DNA of 64,000 nt from Alphaproteobacteria bacterium (GCA_963555825.3 CAUVXB020000002.1:1440001-1504000); one strand, 5' to 3'. Counted from the first letter of the stretch, positions 1 to 11,460 are shown. Program-made: numbers and translations. The notes: generated from the letters alone by a model not told the origin.

Positions 1-1151
1 AGCGCCAACGCCGCACGACGCTCAAGACCCGCTACATCGCCGACGGCCAGCAGCTGTTGCGCGCCGACGACGAGACGACCGCGCCGATCGCCGCCGAGAC
101 CGCCGCCGAGATCGTCCGCATCGCCGGCGACATGATGGCCGGCTGCGACGTGGTGGTGCTGTCGGACTATGCCAAGGGCGTGCTGACCGCCGAGGTCGCG
201 CAAGCGGTTATCGGCGCCGCCAACGCGGCCGGCAAGCCGGTCGTCGTCGATCCCAAGGGCGACGACTACACGCGCTACCGGGGCGCCACGCTGCTGACGC
301 CGAACCGCGGCGAGCTGGCGGCGGCGAGCGGCCGGCCCGCCGACGACGACGCGGCGGTCGCCGTGGCCGCGGCGGCGCTGATTGCGACCTGCGGCGTCGA
401 GGCCGTGCTGGCGACGCGCGGCAAGGACGGCATGTCGCTGGTCGCCGGCGACGACGAGGCGCTGCATCTGCAGGCCGCGGCGCGCGAGGTCTACGACGTC
501 TCGGGCGCCGGCGACACGGTGATCGCGACGCTCGCCGCCGCGCTCGGCCGCGGCGTGCCGATGGCCGACGCCGCCCGGCTGGCCAACTACGCCGCCGGCA
601 TCGTGGTCGGCAAGGTCGGCACGGCGGTGGTCTACGCCGACGACCTGCTGCACGCGATCCACGCCAAGGAGTGGACGGCGATCGAAGCCAAGATCGTCAC
701 CCTGGCGGGCGCCGCCGAGCGCGTCGCGCGCTGGCGCGCGCGGGGTCTGCGCATCGCCTTCACCAACGGCTGCTTCGACCTTCTGCACCCGGGCCACATC
801 GCGCTGATCGGCCAAGCCAGGGCGGCCGGCGACCGGCTCATCGTCGGCCTCAACTCCGATGCGTCGGTGACGCGCCTCAAGGGCGAGGACCGGCCGATCC
901 AGGGCGAACAGGCGCGCGCCCAGGTGCTCGCCTCGCTGGCCGACGTCGATCTTGTCGTGGTCTACGAAGAAGACACGCCGATGGCGCTCTTGGAGGCGCT
1001 CAGGCCCGACGCGCTGGTCAAGGGCGCCGACTACAGCCGCGCCGAGGTGGTCGGCGGCGACCTGGTCGAGGGCTACGGCGGCACGGTCGTGCTCGCCGAA
1101 CTCACCCCCGGCCACTCGACGACCGAGACGATCGAGCGCATCGCGCGGTAG
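1..1151 (+). CDS. hldE: Bifunctional heptose-7-phosphate kinase / heptose-1-phosphate adenylyltransferase, 5' end outside window
   Basis: PfkB motifs (VVLSDYAKG, DVSGAGDTV) followed by a cytidylyltransferase-type domain (FTNGCFDLLHPGH, VGLNSDASV). Confidence 0.93.
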   Translation, partial: RQRRTTLKTRYIADGQQLLRADDETTAPIAAETAAEIVRIAGDMMAGCDVVVLSDYAKGVLTAEVAQAVIGAANAAGKPVVVDPKGDDYTRYRGATLLTPNRGELAAASGRPADDDAAVAVAAAALIATCGVEAVLATRGKDGMSLVAGDDEALHLQAAAREVYDVSGAGDTVIATLAAALGRGVPMADAARLANYAAGIVVGKVGTAVVYADDLLHAIHAKEWTAIEAKIVTLAGAAERVARWRARGLRIAFTNGCFDLLHPGHIALIGQARAAGDRLIVGLNSDASVTRLKGEDRPIQGEQARAQVLASLADVDLVVVYEEDTPMALLEALRPDALVKGADYSRAEVVGGDLVEGYGGTVVLAELTPGHSTTETIERIAR

Positions 1152-1304
1152 GGCGCTTGCCGGTCCCATTCGCCCAGCCAAATTCGACTAGCACGCGATG
1201 AGGCTGTGGGCTCTGACCCGACCTCCCTACAATCGCCCTGGCCCATCAGCGCTTGGGCATGAGCTCGGTTGCACGACGACGTTACGGCGAGACCGGAACC
1301 TTCG

Positions 1305-2111
1305 TTATTCGAAGTCGTGCATCCAGCCGCGAGCCTGCTGCTCACCCGCATCGCAGGGTGGACGAAGCCTTTCTGTGACGAGTCGCAGCAAGGGGTCTTG
1401 GGGCGCCATGCCGGCAATCTCCAGCAGCATCTTTCTTCGGATGGCGCGGGCGAAGTCCTTGAAGCCATCGGCGACGATGATGAATGAGCCGGGGCCGCCG
1501 ATGACGCAGTCCTCGTAATAGAGGTCGAGATTGGGCAGCGCCGGGAAGCCGTAAGTGGGTTCGGGACGATCGTTGACGATGGGCAGGCCGTTGATGACGA
1601 TGCCGCCGGCGACGGCGCGGTCGCGGGCCTCTACGACGTAGGCTCCTCTGTTGTTGGGCCCGTCGCCCGAGATGTCGATGATGCGCCGATATGCTTGAAA
1701 CCCATTGTCATCGAATCTGCGGGCCGCATAAGTGATCGCGGTGCTGATAGAGGTCCAATCCAAGGCCCTCAGCGCGGACCGCTCGATTGCCTCGGAAAAC
1801 GCGGTGGCGCTCTTCTCGCCGCCCACCTCGGTCCAGTCCACAAGCATGTTCTGGTAGTGGTCATCGGCCCACTCGATGTAAGCGATGGCGATGCGACCGA
1901 GCGGTCCCGACTGGATCGCCTCGATCACCCGGGGATGGCGGATGGCCAGGGCGAAACCGCGGCGCTGCAGGGCCGCTTCCTCGAGGTCCATGCTGGTGGA
2001 GATGTCGGCCGCCAGCACCAGCTCGAGGTCGACCTCGCGTTGCGCCGCCATCGCCCAGTTACATGTGACCATGAGGCACGCGCCGGCAGCGATCAGCACA
2101 GGGCTGATCAA
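1305..2111 (-). CDS. DUF1194 (vWA-like) exported protein; start uncertain (ORF open to 2255)
   Basis: VDLELVLAADISTSMD, RRIIDISGDGPNNRG and YYEDCVIGGPGSF motifs; hydrophobic signal-like N-terminus. Confidence 0.8.
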   Translation of the reverse strand: MISPVLIAAGACLMVTCNWAMAAQREVDLELVLAADISTSMDLEEAALQRRGFALAIRHPRVIEAIQSGPLGRIAIAYIEWADDHYQNMLVDWTEVGGEKSATAFSEAIERSALRALDWTSISTAITYAARRFDDNGFQAYRRIIDISGDGPNNRGAYVVEARDRAVAGGIVINGLPIVNDRPEPTYGFPALPNLDLYYEDCVIGGPGSFIIVADGFKDFARAIRRKMLLEIAGMAPQDPLLRLVTERLRPPCDAGEQQARGWMHDFE

Positions 2112-2361
2112 TGAACCCCTCTGTCGTTGCCGCCGCCGCCCATGTTGGCGTCGCCGAATCCCGACGCGAGGCAAGAGAACTCTTCGCGCAAGCCCCGCCG
2201 GCCCGAGCCCCGCATATTCAAAGTGGACGCCTGTTGCAAAGATCAGGCGCCGCATCGTTCCACCTCTTCATTGTTCGCGTGAAGTGCCGCCCCGAATGAT
2301 AAACGGGTTATCGCGTTAACGCCCTCATCGGGCCGACTCGGAATGTCGCAGGCGCGGCGCG

Positions 2362-3435
2362 TCAGTCGATCGGTTTGAAGACGCGAATCAGTTTGTTCTT
2401 GCCGCGGATTTCGAGTTCGCCGAGGGGTTCGACCACGCTTTGGTCGTTCAGCAATTCGACGGTCGATTCGGACATCAGGATGAGCGTGCCGTGCTCCTTG
2501 TTCATCTGCTCGAGGCGCGAGGCGAGGTTCACCGCGTCACCGTAGACCGTGTAATTGATCCGGTCGCCCGCGCCGACGTTGCCGGCGATCACGTCGCCGG
2601 TGTTGATGCCGATTCGCGTTCTCAGCTCGATGCCGGCGAATGTCCGCCCCTTGAGGACCTGCTGGATTTCCAATGCCGATTTGACGGCCATTTCCGCGTG
2701 CCGCGGATCCTCGACCGGGACGTTGAAGGTAACCAGCATGGCGTCGCCCTGGAACTGATTGACGACGCCGCCGTTTGCCGTAATCGGTTCGATCACAGCG
2801 GGGAAATACTCGCTCAGCATCTGCACCACCTGCTTGGGTGGGATGCTTTCCGCGGTGCCGGTGAAGTTCTCGATGTCGGAGAACAGTATGGTCGCCTTCA
2901 ACTGCTTGGGCTCGAGCGCCCCCTTGCTCGCGACGATCTGCTTGGCGACGCTTTCGGGGACGTATTTGCCGAAGATCTCGCGGATGAACTTGAGCTGCTC
3001 GACGACTTCGTCGCGCAGCCGCTTCTTCTCGAGACTGGCGCCGATGCGCGCGTTGAGCAGCACCGGGTCGAAGTCCTTCGGCAGATGGTCCTCGGCGCCC
3101 ATCTCGATACACTTCACGACGCTGTCCATTTCCTCGAGCGCCGAGATGACGATCACCGGCACGTCGCGCAATGTGGTGTCATCCTTCATTTCGCGCAGCA
3201 CCTGGAAGCCGTCGACCTCGGGCATCAGGATGTCGAGCAACACCAGATCGAAGAGCTCGGCGCGCAGCATTTCCAACGCCACGCGGCCATTTTCCGCCTC
3301 GCTTACGGTATGCCCCCGCTGGGTCAGGGCGCGGGAGAGTTTGAGCCGATTGATGCGGTTGTCGTCGACGACGAGGACATGGCCGAGCTTCCGGTCGGCG
3401 CCCGGTTCCGATGTCGTGACCGCCGGTTCGGTCAT
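2362..3435 (-). CDS. Response-regulator receiver plus class III adenylate/guanylate cyclase
   Basis: REC (VLVVDD, LLDILMP, LPK), then ILFSDIENFT, QFQGDA, RIGINTG, YTVYGDAVNLASRLE; ATGA overlap with the upstream gene. Confidence 0.9.
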   Translation of the reverse strand: MTEPAVTTSEPGADRKLGHVLVVDDNRINRLKLSRALTQRGHTVSEAENGRVALEMLRAELFDLVLLDILMPEVDGFQVLREMKDDTTLRDVPVIVISALEEMDSVVKCIEMGAEDHLPKDFDPVLLNARIGASLEKKRLRDEVVEQLKFIREIFGKYVPESVAKQIVASKGALEPKQLKATILFSDIENFTGTAESIPPKQVVQMLSEYFPAVIEPITANGGVVNQFQGDAMLVTFNVPVEDPRHAEMAVKSALEIQQVLKGRTFAGIELRTRIGINTGDVIAGNVGAGDRINYTVYGDAVNLASRLEQMNKEHGTLILMSESTVELLNDQSVVEPLGELEIRGKNKLIRVFKPID

Positions 3436-3818
3436 TGCGCCGACTTGTCGAGTATCTTTCGGACGCGGTCTTGCAAGACAGCGGGTTCCACGGATTTGCT
3501 CAGAAAATCGTCGGCGCCCGCCGCCATGCACCGCTCAACGCTTTTCATGTCTTCCAGCCCCGAGATGACGATCACCGGGATATCGCGCAAGCCCGCGTCG
3601 CCCTTCATCTCGCGCAGCACTTGGAAGCCGTCGACCTCGGGCATCAAAATATCGAGCAACACCAAGTCGTAAGCCCCGGACCGGAGCATGTCCAACGCCG
3701 CGCGGCCGCCGTCCGCCTGGCTCACGCTATAGCCGCCGCCTTCAAGCGTGCGCGCTAGCTTGAGCCGGTTCATGCGGTTGTCATCGACCGCGAGGATATG
3801 GATCGGTTGGTCGGTCAT
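3432..3818 (-). CDS. Single-domain response regulator
   Basis: ILAVDD...LLDILMPEVDG...DFLSK. Confidence 0.88.
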   Translation of the reverse strand: MTDQPIHILAVDDNRMNRLKLARTLEGGGYSVSQADGGRAALDMLRSGAYDLVLLDILMPEVDGFQVLREMKGDAGLRDIPVIVISGLEDMKSVERCMAAGADDFLSKSVEPAVLQDRVRKILDKSAQ

Positions 3819-3862
3819 GAGTTCATTCCGTTGCCGCATTCATTTACGGTGAGATTGTCCGG

Positions 3863-4240
3863 CTAGTCCCCGAGGGCCTTGGCGACGCACGCGTTGAGCG
3901 TCGCCGCGTCGACCGGTTTGGTCAGGTAGTCCTCGGCCCCCATCGTCATGCACTTCTCGACGTCTTCGGGGTTCTCGACCGCCGAGATGATGACAACCGG
4001 AATGTCGCGCGTCGCCTGGTCGGCCTTCATCTGCTCGAGCACCGCGTAACCGTCGACCTCCGGCATCAATATGTCGAGCAACACCAGATCGAATCGCTCG
4101 GATCGGAGCATGTCCAACGCCGCGCGACCGCCGGCCGCCTCGTTTACGGCAAAGCCGCCGCCCTCGAGGTCCCGGGCCAGCTTGAGACGTGTTTGTCGGT
4201 CGTCATCGACGAGAAGTATGCGACCGCTATTTTCAGTCAT
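3863..4240 (-). CDS. Single-domain response regulator
   Basis: ILLVDD...LLDILMPEVDG...DYLTKP. Confidence 0.88.
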   Translation of the reverse strand: MTENSGRILLVDDDRQTRLKLARDLEGGGFAVNEAAGGRAALDMLRSERFDLVLLDILMPEVDGYAVLEQMKADQATRDIPVVIISAVENPEDVEKCMTMGAEDYLTKPVDAATLNACVAKALGD

Positions 4241-6690
4241 TGTTTGCTCCGAATTTCAGGTTGTCCACGCGAGCATCCCGGTGCCGACGCGGTTTTCGCC
4301 ATACGTCGGTTCATACTTCGCTGCGCAGCGTCTTGAGTGCCGTCTCGACCGCCGCGTATTCCGACGCCGCCCGGGACACAAGGTTGTCCGCGCCATCGAG
4401 CTCGCCCATTTTCCCAAGCAACTCGGCCTGCTTGCACAGCTCGCGCAGCGTTTCGGCGCCGAAGTCGGCGCTGTTCGACTTGAGGCTATGGGCGGCGAGG
4501 CGCAAGTCCGCCGCGTTGCCCTGATCGACGCCCTTGCGCATATTCGCCACCAGATCGGGGGCGTCCTCGAGAAATGTATCGATGATTTCCGCCATGAATT
4601 CCTTGTCGCCGCCGGTCAGCTTCTCGAGGCTTTCGCGCAGCGTCGCTCCGAGCTCATCGGCGGCCGTGTCGGCCGCGCTTGCATCGGCGCCGCCCGCGTC
4701 GCCGACCGGGTCCGCTTGCGGCGCGTGTGATGGCATCTTGCCGTATATCTCGGAGTCCCATTTGACGTCGATGAGCGGACGACATTGGTGCAGCGCTTCG
4801 ATCAGCCTCTCGGTGCGAATCGGTTTGCTGACGTAGTCGTTCATCCCGGCTTCCAGGCACATTTCCCGATCGCCTTGCATGGCGTTCGCCGTCATCGCGA
4901 TGATGCGCGGCCGTTTCTCGACCGGCCACTCCGCAACGATATGTCCGGTCGCCTCCAAGCCGTCCATATCCGGCATCTGGACGTCCATCAGCACGACGTC
5001 GTAAGGCTGCCGCCGCAGCGCGTCCAACGTCTCGAACCCGTTGCCCGCGACGTCTGCGCGATAGCCGAGCCGCGCGAGCAAACGTATGCCGAGCTTCTGG
5101 TTGATGGCATTGTCCTCGGCCAACAGGATGCGCAGCGGCAGTTGTTCCGCCATCTCCCTGTCGAACGACGACACGGTCTGAATTGTTCGCCGCATGCCGC
5201 GCCCGTCTTCATCGCCGAATATTTCGGCAAGCACGTCGAACAGCTGCGACGGCTTGATCGGCTTGGCGAGTGTTGCGGCGAACGCGACGGGTTCGTCTTC
5301 GGCGTGACGCGTCGCCTCGCGCTCGGACAGCGAGGACAGCATCACCAAGGGGAAGTCGCCGACGCCCTCGGCACCGCTCGCCATGTCGGCGCTCACCCGG
5401 CGAATCTCACTTGCCAGCGTCAGACCGTCCATCTCGGGCATCTCCATATCGAGCAGCCCGATCGCGAATCGCTCGCCGGATCGGAGCCATGACAGCGCCT
5501 CGTTGGCGGACGCGGTCGCGCGCGGCACCATGCCCCAGGATTCGGTTTGCAGCGTCAGGATTCGCCGGTTGGTCTCGTTGTCGTCGACGATCAGGACCCG
5601 CTTGCCGTCCAAGTCGGGCTGCGTCTCGTGCAGATAATCATACGTGGCGTCGGGCGCGCCCGAGGCGTGGATGGTGAAATGAAACTCGGAGCCCTGCCCG
5701 GGTATGCCTTGGCTTGTTACCCACATGGCGCCGCCCATCAACTCGCAGAGTTGCTTGCTGATGGTCAGGCCCAACCCGGTGCCGCCGTAGCGGCGCGCCG
5801 TCGACGCGTCGACTTGGCTGAACGACACGAACAGCCGGTCCATGCGGTCCGCAGGAATGCCGATGCCGGTGTCCTTGACGACGAAGTGCAGCTCGTAGTT
5901 CTGCTCCTCGGGCGCCTCGCCCCCGCCGTCGAGCGGACGGCAGGTGAGCGACAGCACGACCTCGCCCACCTCGGTGAACTTGAGCGCGTTGTTCAACAGG
6001 TTGATCAGGATCTGGCGCAACCGGGTGACGTCGCCGACGACCGATTCGGGCATGTCGCCCTCGACGATGTACGCCAGGCTAATGCCCTTCGTCGCCGCCT
6101 CGTTGGTCAGCAGGTCGATCGCGCTCTCGAGGCAGTCGCGCATCGCGAAGGGCTGATTTTCGAGCTCCAGGCGGCCCGCTTCTATCTTCGAGAAATCGAG
6201 GATGGCATTGATGATGGTCAGCAGGGACTCGCCGCTCTCGCGAATGATTTCGGCGAACTCGCGTTACTCGGAATCCAGGCTGGTATCGAGCAGCAGGCCC
6301 GACATGCCGATGACGCCGTTCATGGGCGTGCGGATTTCATGGCTCATGGTCGCCAGGAATTCGCTCTTGGCGCGGCTCGCCGCCTCGGCCTCTTCCTCTC
6401 TTTGCTTGAGTTCGGTGATGTCGGTGTAGACCGCGACAGTGCCGCCGGTTTCGGTCTTGCGCTCGCTGATGCGGATCCAACTGCCGTCCTGGCGCAGCTG
6501 GAGGTGTGGCTCGTCGGGGTTGCGGTGCTGTGCGACGCGCTGGGCAACCCATTCGTCGATGCGACCCTCGGCATCGCGAATCAGGCCTTGTTCGGCGGCG
6601 GCCCGGATGATCGACTCGAATGGTGAGGTGGTCCCAGAAAATCGGACAGGGAGCTAAGGTGTATTCCACCGGATAACGGAGGAATACGAG

Positions 6691-6972
6691 ATGACGAATC
6701 GACGCCGGTTTACGGCGGAATTCAAGGCCCGGGTGGCGCTGGAAGCGCTGCGGGGCGACAAGACGATCCAGCAGATCGCGGCCAAGCACAAGGTGCATCC
6801 GAACCAGGTGAGCGCCTGGAAGCGCCAGGCGGTGGACGGTCTGGGCGAAGTGTTTTCGAACGGCGCCAACCGCGCTTGCCGGGATCATGAATCCGAGGTC
6901 CGCGACCTTCACGCCAAGATCGGCGAGCTGACGGTGGAACGGGATTTTTTAGCCAGAGGGCTCAAGCGATGA
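6691..6972 (+). CDS. IS3 OrfA (HTH)
   Basis: RRRFTAEFKARVALEA...HPNQVSAWK; T6A run near 6945-6951. Confidence 0.9.
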   Translation: MTNRRRFTAEFKARVALEALRGDKTIQQIAAKHKVHPNQVSAWKRQAVDGLGEVFSNGANRACRDHESEVRDLHAKIGELTVERDFLARGLKR

Positions 6973-7663
6973 GCCGGGGGGAGCGCAAGGCGATGATCAC
7001 ACGCGACGCCCCCGAGCTGAGCTTGAGCCGTCAATGCCGCCTGCTTTCGATCGGCCGGTCCTCGTTCTATTATGCGCCCAGGGGGGAGAGCCCTTCGAGT
7101 CTGGCGCTGATGCGTCGGATCGACGAGTTGTTCATGAAGTACCCGTTCTACGGCAGCCGCCAGATGGTCCGCCAGTTGCGGCGGGACGGCGTTTGCGTCG
7201 GCCGTCACCGGGTTCGCAGGTTGATGCGATTGATAGGCCTGGAGGCGATCTATCAGGCGCCGAGAACCAGCGTGCCGCATCCCATGCACCGGATTTATCC
7301 TTATCTTCTCAAAGGGATGGCTATCGACCAGCCCAATCGGGTCTGGTGCGCCGACATCACCTATATCCCCGTCCAGCGTGGCTTTCTGTACCTGGTAGCG
7401 ATCATGGACTGGGCGACGCGCCACGTTTTATCCTGGCGGCTGTCGAACACCATGGACGCTGGATTCTGCGCCGAGGCCTTGGGCGACGCGCTGGCCCGCT
7501 ACGGCCAGCCGGAGATATTCAATACGGATCAGGGCAGCCAGTTCACCAGCCTCGACTTCACCGGCGTGCTCAAGAACGCGAGCATCCGCATCTCCATGGA
7601 CGGTCGGGGCCGCTGCATGGACAACATCTTCATCGAGCGCCTGTGGCGGTCTCTCAAGTATGA

Positions 7664-8838
7664 TACCAGTGAGCGCCTGAATTGACTCTCGGGATATTCA
7701 TTGATGGCGGATGATGGCGGATTGTGATTCTATGGTCTCCCACCAGATGTGGGGGATGTCATGGGATCAGCACTCAAGATACGGGATGATTTGACGCCTT
7801 TGGAGCTTCGGCGCTGGGCTCGCGTGGAATCGTACGGTCGAGCGGCGGCGCGGGCCTATGGGATCGCGAATGCTTTGGAGGAGATGCCCCGGGCTGATGC
7901 CGCGCGGCTTGCGGGGATGGATCGCCAAACGCTTCGCGACGCGGTTGTTCGTTACAATGCAAAGGGATTGGAGGGGCTTCACGACCGTCCAAAGGGCTAC
8001 TCGCCGCGGCGGCTGACGGCAGACGAGGAAGCGGCGCTGGCGGCGGTCATCATCGCCGGGCCGGAGCCTGAGCGCGACGGGGTTTGCGCCTGGACCCGGG
8101 CCGATCTGTGCCGCTGGCTGGAGGAGCGCTTCGCCAAGACCTACCACCCCTCGAGCATGACCCGGGTTCTACGGCGGATGGGATTTTCCCGCCAGAAGGC
8201 GCGCCCGAGCCACCCGCGAAGGGACGCCGAAGCGCAGGAGCGCTTCAAAAAAGGGGGCTTCGCGACATCCTGAAGGCGACCGCCGCGGCGCATCCCGACA
8301 AGCGCCTACAGCTGTGGTTTCAGGATGAAGCGCGCGTCGGCAACAAGGGCCGGGTGTGTCACCGGTGGTGGCGCAGGGGCGAGCGTGCCCCCGGGACGCG
8401 TCAAATCGGCTACCAGTGGGCCTACATCTTCTCCGCCGTGCGCCCGGACACCGGCGACGACGTCACCCTGGTGATGCCGAGCGTCAACGCCAAGGTCATG
8501 GACCTGTTTCTCGCACACTTCGCCGATACCCTGGACCAGGATGCGCACGCCGTCATGATGTGCGACGGCGCCGGTTGGCACGACGAGCGCGCCCTCACCG
8601 TCCCCGACAACGTCACCTTGGCGCTGTTGCCGCCTTACAGTCCCGAACTCAACCCCGTCGAGCGGGTTTGGCTCTACCTACGCGAACGCTTCCTATCGCT
8701 CCGCGTCCTCGACGACACCGAGGCCATCATCGACGCCTGTTGCCAAGCATGGATCGACCTCATCGCAGAACCGGATCGTATGCGAACCCTCTGCGCCTAT
8801 CCATGGATCATGAAGGTGATTTCATAGGCTCACTGGTA
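7664..8838 (+). mobile_element. IS630-family element A, copy 1 (1175 bp)
   Basis: IR TACCAGTGAGC/GCTCACTGGTA; flanked by duplicated TGA; appears identical to 57245-58419. Confidence 0.93.
7749..8827 (+). CDS. IS630 transposase in two ORFs joined by a probable -1 frameshift
   Basis: HTH ORF 7749-8273; DDE ORF (WFQDEAR, CDGAGWH, LPPYSPELNPVE); slippery AAAAAAGGGGG at 8247-8257. Confidence 0.88.
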
Positions 8839-10075
8839 TGAGGCGGTCTACCTACACGAGCTCACCGACGGCTTCCACGCCGAACGGGTCATCGGCGAGT
8901 GGATCGGCTTCTACAACACCGAGCGGCCCCATTCGTCCCTCGACGGTCAAACGCCGGCCGAGGCCTACGGGGCCGGTCAACCTGTGGATATGATGGACAA
9001 GGCTCGCGCCTTGCCCACATCCCCACAGGCTCAACAACAGCGACAGGATGTGATAAAAAGGATTTTGGCAGCATGATCAAACAACGGAATACACCTTAAC
9101 CGCGCTGCCAAACTGTCCAACAAAGTGGGACCACCTCATGGTGCACCCTGCTGAACGACATCTGAAATGCTCGGGTACAGGAGAGTCTTATACCGGCTGT
9201 TGCAAACGACGAGGTTGTCATCGGCGTCGTATAGCGAGAATCCTTCGGAAATGCTTTCGATCGCGTTGGTCAGCCGGGTGCGGGCTTCGTTGATTTCGCG
9301 CAGATTCGCTTCCTCAAGCTCGACGGCGGTGTCGTGAAACACCTTGAGGGCGTCGGCCATGCCGGCAATTTCATCGGTGCCGCCGTACGGTATCTGGGCT
9401 TGGAGGTTGCCGCCGGCGATCTCGAGCATGCTGTTGCTCAACGCCGTCAGCCGCGCGACCAGGTTGCGCCCGACATAGAGCCAGACGATCAGGGTCGAGC
9501 TGACGATGCTGAGCACGACAACGGCGATCATGATGCCTGTGCTGACGCGCTGGATCGCGCCGGCCTCCAGGTTGGCGGTGTCGATGTCGCCCTTGGCGCG
9601 CGCCACGAGCCCGTCGACCGCCTCGGTCAGCCGGCGCGAAATGTCGGCGTTCGAGGCAAGCTGCCGCTTGGCCTCCAACAGCTGGTCGATTTCGCGTTTG
9701 CGGGCGAGAAAGAAACTGTCGCGTCCCTTCGTGAAGGACTCGAATTTTGCGGCTTGCTCAAGAAGATCGCGGCCGGTCTCGGGATCGAGCTCCTTCGCTA
9801 CCGCCTTGACCCCGCCGATCGACTTCTGCAGCAACAGCGAGAACGAGTCGAAATCGCACGACAAATCCAAGTCCGCATATTGCTGTTGTTCACATGCGGC
9901 GGCCTCGGCGGACGCGACTTTCAGCAGCGTGCCGTAGATGGCTGCCGCTTCCAATTGCGCGGTCTCGAGAGGCAAGACCAGATCTATCGTCGTCGACAAC
10001 TCGTTGGCCACGTCGCGCATTTGAACATCCGAGATGCCGGTGTATCGCACCCGGTTCCTTGGACACAAGTTTGTC

Positions 10076-10987
10076 TCATGCGGCGGGCCTGAGTGACATC
10101 GCGGTGTGCCACGCCTGACGAGCTTGAGCGGGGCTCAGGTAGCCGTTCTTCTCCACGATCCACTGGGCATTGTACTGTTCGACGAACCCGCGGACGGCGT
10201 TCCGCAGCTCCGCGATGTTGCGGTAGATGCGGCCATGGATGATCTGTTCCTTGAGCGTGCGATTGAACCTCTCGGCGACGCCGTTGGTCTGGGGCTGTTC
10301 GACGAAGGCGTAGGACGGCTGGATGCCCCAGAACTTGATCTGGTTGGTGAAGTGGTCCGACAGATACTGGGAGCCGTGATCCATCCGCAAGGCCAGCCCC
10401 CGCGCCGCACCGGCGGAGGTCGAGGCATACAGCCTCGCAAGCCCCATGGAGATCGGCTGAAGGGCGGCGAAGCGGTCGCCTCGCTTGCACACATGCCAGC
10501 CGACGCACTCGGCGTTCCAATGCTCGATGGCGGTGAATATCCAGCCCCAGCCGTCGTCCACCGTGAACACCCGAACGCCGTCCGTGCCCCACATGAGGTT
10601 GGGGGCATGGGTGATGATCTCACCGACATGGGGATTTCCGCCACGGCGGCGGCAGCGATGGGGCGAGAGCAGGTTGTTCTCGCGCATCACCCGGAGCCCC
10701 CGCTTGCGGGAAACACGGATGCCACGACAGACCCGAAGCCGAGCCCAGACCTTGCGGTGTCCCTCGCCCTCCCAGGGGGATGCCTCCAGGTCGGCCTCGA
10801 TGGCCACCAGCAGAGCCTCGTCCGAGATCGAGGGCTTCGGTCCCCGGCGCTTTGCTGGTGGGCGCTCAGCGGTGGCCTGCTGCCGGGATTTCATGGCGTA
10901 GAACGAGGAACGGGCAAAACCCCAGGCCGCACAGACCCGCTGGAGGCCGTAGGCCAAACCCGTGCCGGGAGAGGTGGCGGCACTCAT
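10076..10987 (-). CDS. IS integrase core (rve) OrfB
   Basis: WGTDG, RMDHGSQY, PQTNGVAERFNRTLKEQ. Confidence 0.88.
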   Translation of the reverse strand: MSAATSPGTGLAYGLQRVCAAWGFARSSFYAMKSRQQATAERPPAKRRGPKPSISDEALLVAIEADLEASPWEGEGHRKVWARLRVCRGIRVSRKRGLRVMRENNLLSPHRCRRRGGNPHVGEIITHAPNLMWGTDGVRVFTVDDGWGWIFTAIEHWNAECVGWHVCKRGDRFAALQPISMGLARLYASTSAGAARGLALRMDHGSQYLSDHFTNQIKFWGIQPSYAFVEQPQTNGVAERFNRTLKEQIIHGRIYRNIAELRNAVRGFVEQYNAQWIVEKNGYLSPAQARQAWHTAMSLRPAA

Positions 10988-11415
10988 CGCCGCGACCTCC
11001 GCCGCCCCAAAGGGCCGGACGTCTCCGTCTTGGCCTCCAGCAGTTCCACCTGCATGATCAACTCCCCGATCCGCTTCATGGCGATGTCCAGTTCCGCCTT
11101 CACCGGATCGCCCTTGCGTTCCTTGAGCGAGGCATCGATCCCGGCGATCGCCTTCTCACGCCACTGCTCGAGCCGGAAAATCTCCACGCCCAACTGCCGC
11201 GACAAAAGTTCCACCGGCTCGCCACGCAAAAGCCGCAGGGCAACCTCACGCTTGCGCGTCACCGTCCACCGCTGGCCAAGTCCCAGCGGGCCTGCCGGCG
11301 AAACCTGGCCCGGGGAAAACGTGGACGAGCCAAGCTCGCCCTCGTTTACCACAGGCCCATCAACAGCAACTTTGTTCTCAAAATTGTCGGTCATGTTCCG
11401 GTCCTCCTTGGACAC
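10984..11415 (-). CDS. IS OrfA (HTH)
   Basis: RKREVALRLLRGE...LEQWREKA; ATGA overlap with OrfB. Confidence 0.8.
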   Translation of the reverse strand: MSKEDRNMTDNFENKVAVDGPVVNEGELGSSTFSPGQVSPAGPLGLGQRWTVTRKREVALRLLRGEPVELLSRQLGVEIFRLEQWREKAIAGIDASLKERKGDPVKAELDIAMKRIGELIMQVELLEAKTETSGPLGRRRSRR

Positions 11416-11460
11416 TTCGATTAAGCCAATTCTGTGTCCAAGGAAATCGGGTCCGACTCA

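Larger units (their letters stand above)
6969..9076 (+). pseudogene. IS3 OrfB DDE integrase, split by IS630 at 7664-8838
   Basis: WCADITY, FNTDQGSQF, DNIFIERLWRSLKY | EAVYLHE...YNTERPHSSL resumes after 8838. Confidence 0.9.
6624..9138 (+). mobile_element. IS3-family element, itself interrupted by an IS630 element
   Basis: IRs TGAGGTGGTCCCA.../...TGGGACCACCTCA; 3-bp TSD TGG (6621-6623, 9139-9141). Confidence 0.93.
4311..10040 (-). pseudogene. Hybrid sensor kinase (sensor-TM-HAMP-PAS-HisKA-HATPase-REC-REC-HPt), disrupted
   Basis: Segments 9139-10040 (TM, HAMP, PAS start) and 4311-6623 ([16 protein letters not shown] boxes, 2 REC, AHSLKS HPt). Split by IS3, 5'-truncated by a second IS, and in-frame TAA at 6264-6266. 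Confidence 0.88.
10041..11460 (-). mobile_element. IS3/IS481-like element without target duplication
   Basis: Imperfect IRs TGTATCGCACCCGGTTCCTTGGACACA / TGTGTCCAAGGAAATCGGGTCCGACTCA; the two flanks belong to different genes. Confidence 0.85.

Noticed and set aside
6264-6266. Stop-codon recoding in the kinase
   Set aside because: TAA is used as a normal stop elsewhere in the window, and the gene is also broken by IS elements.
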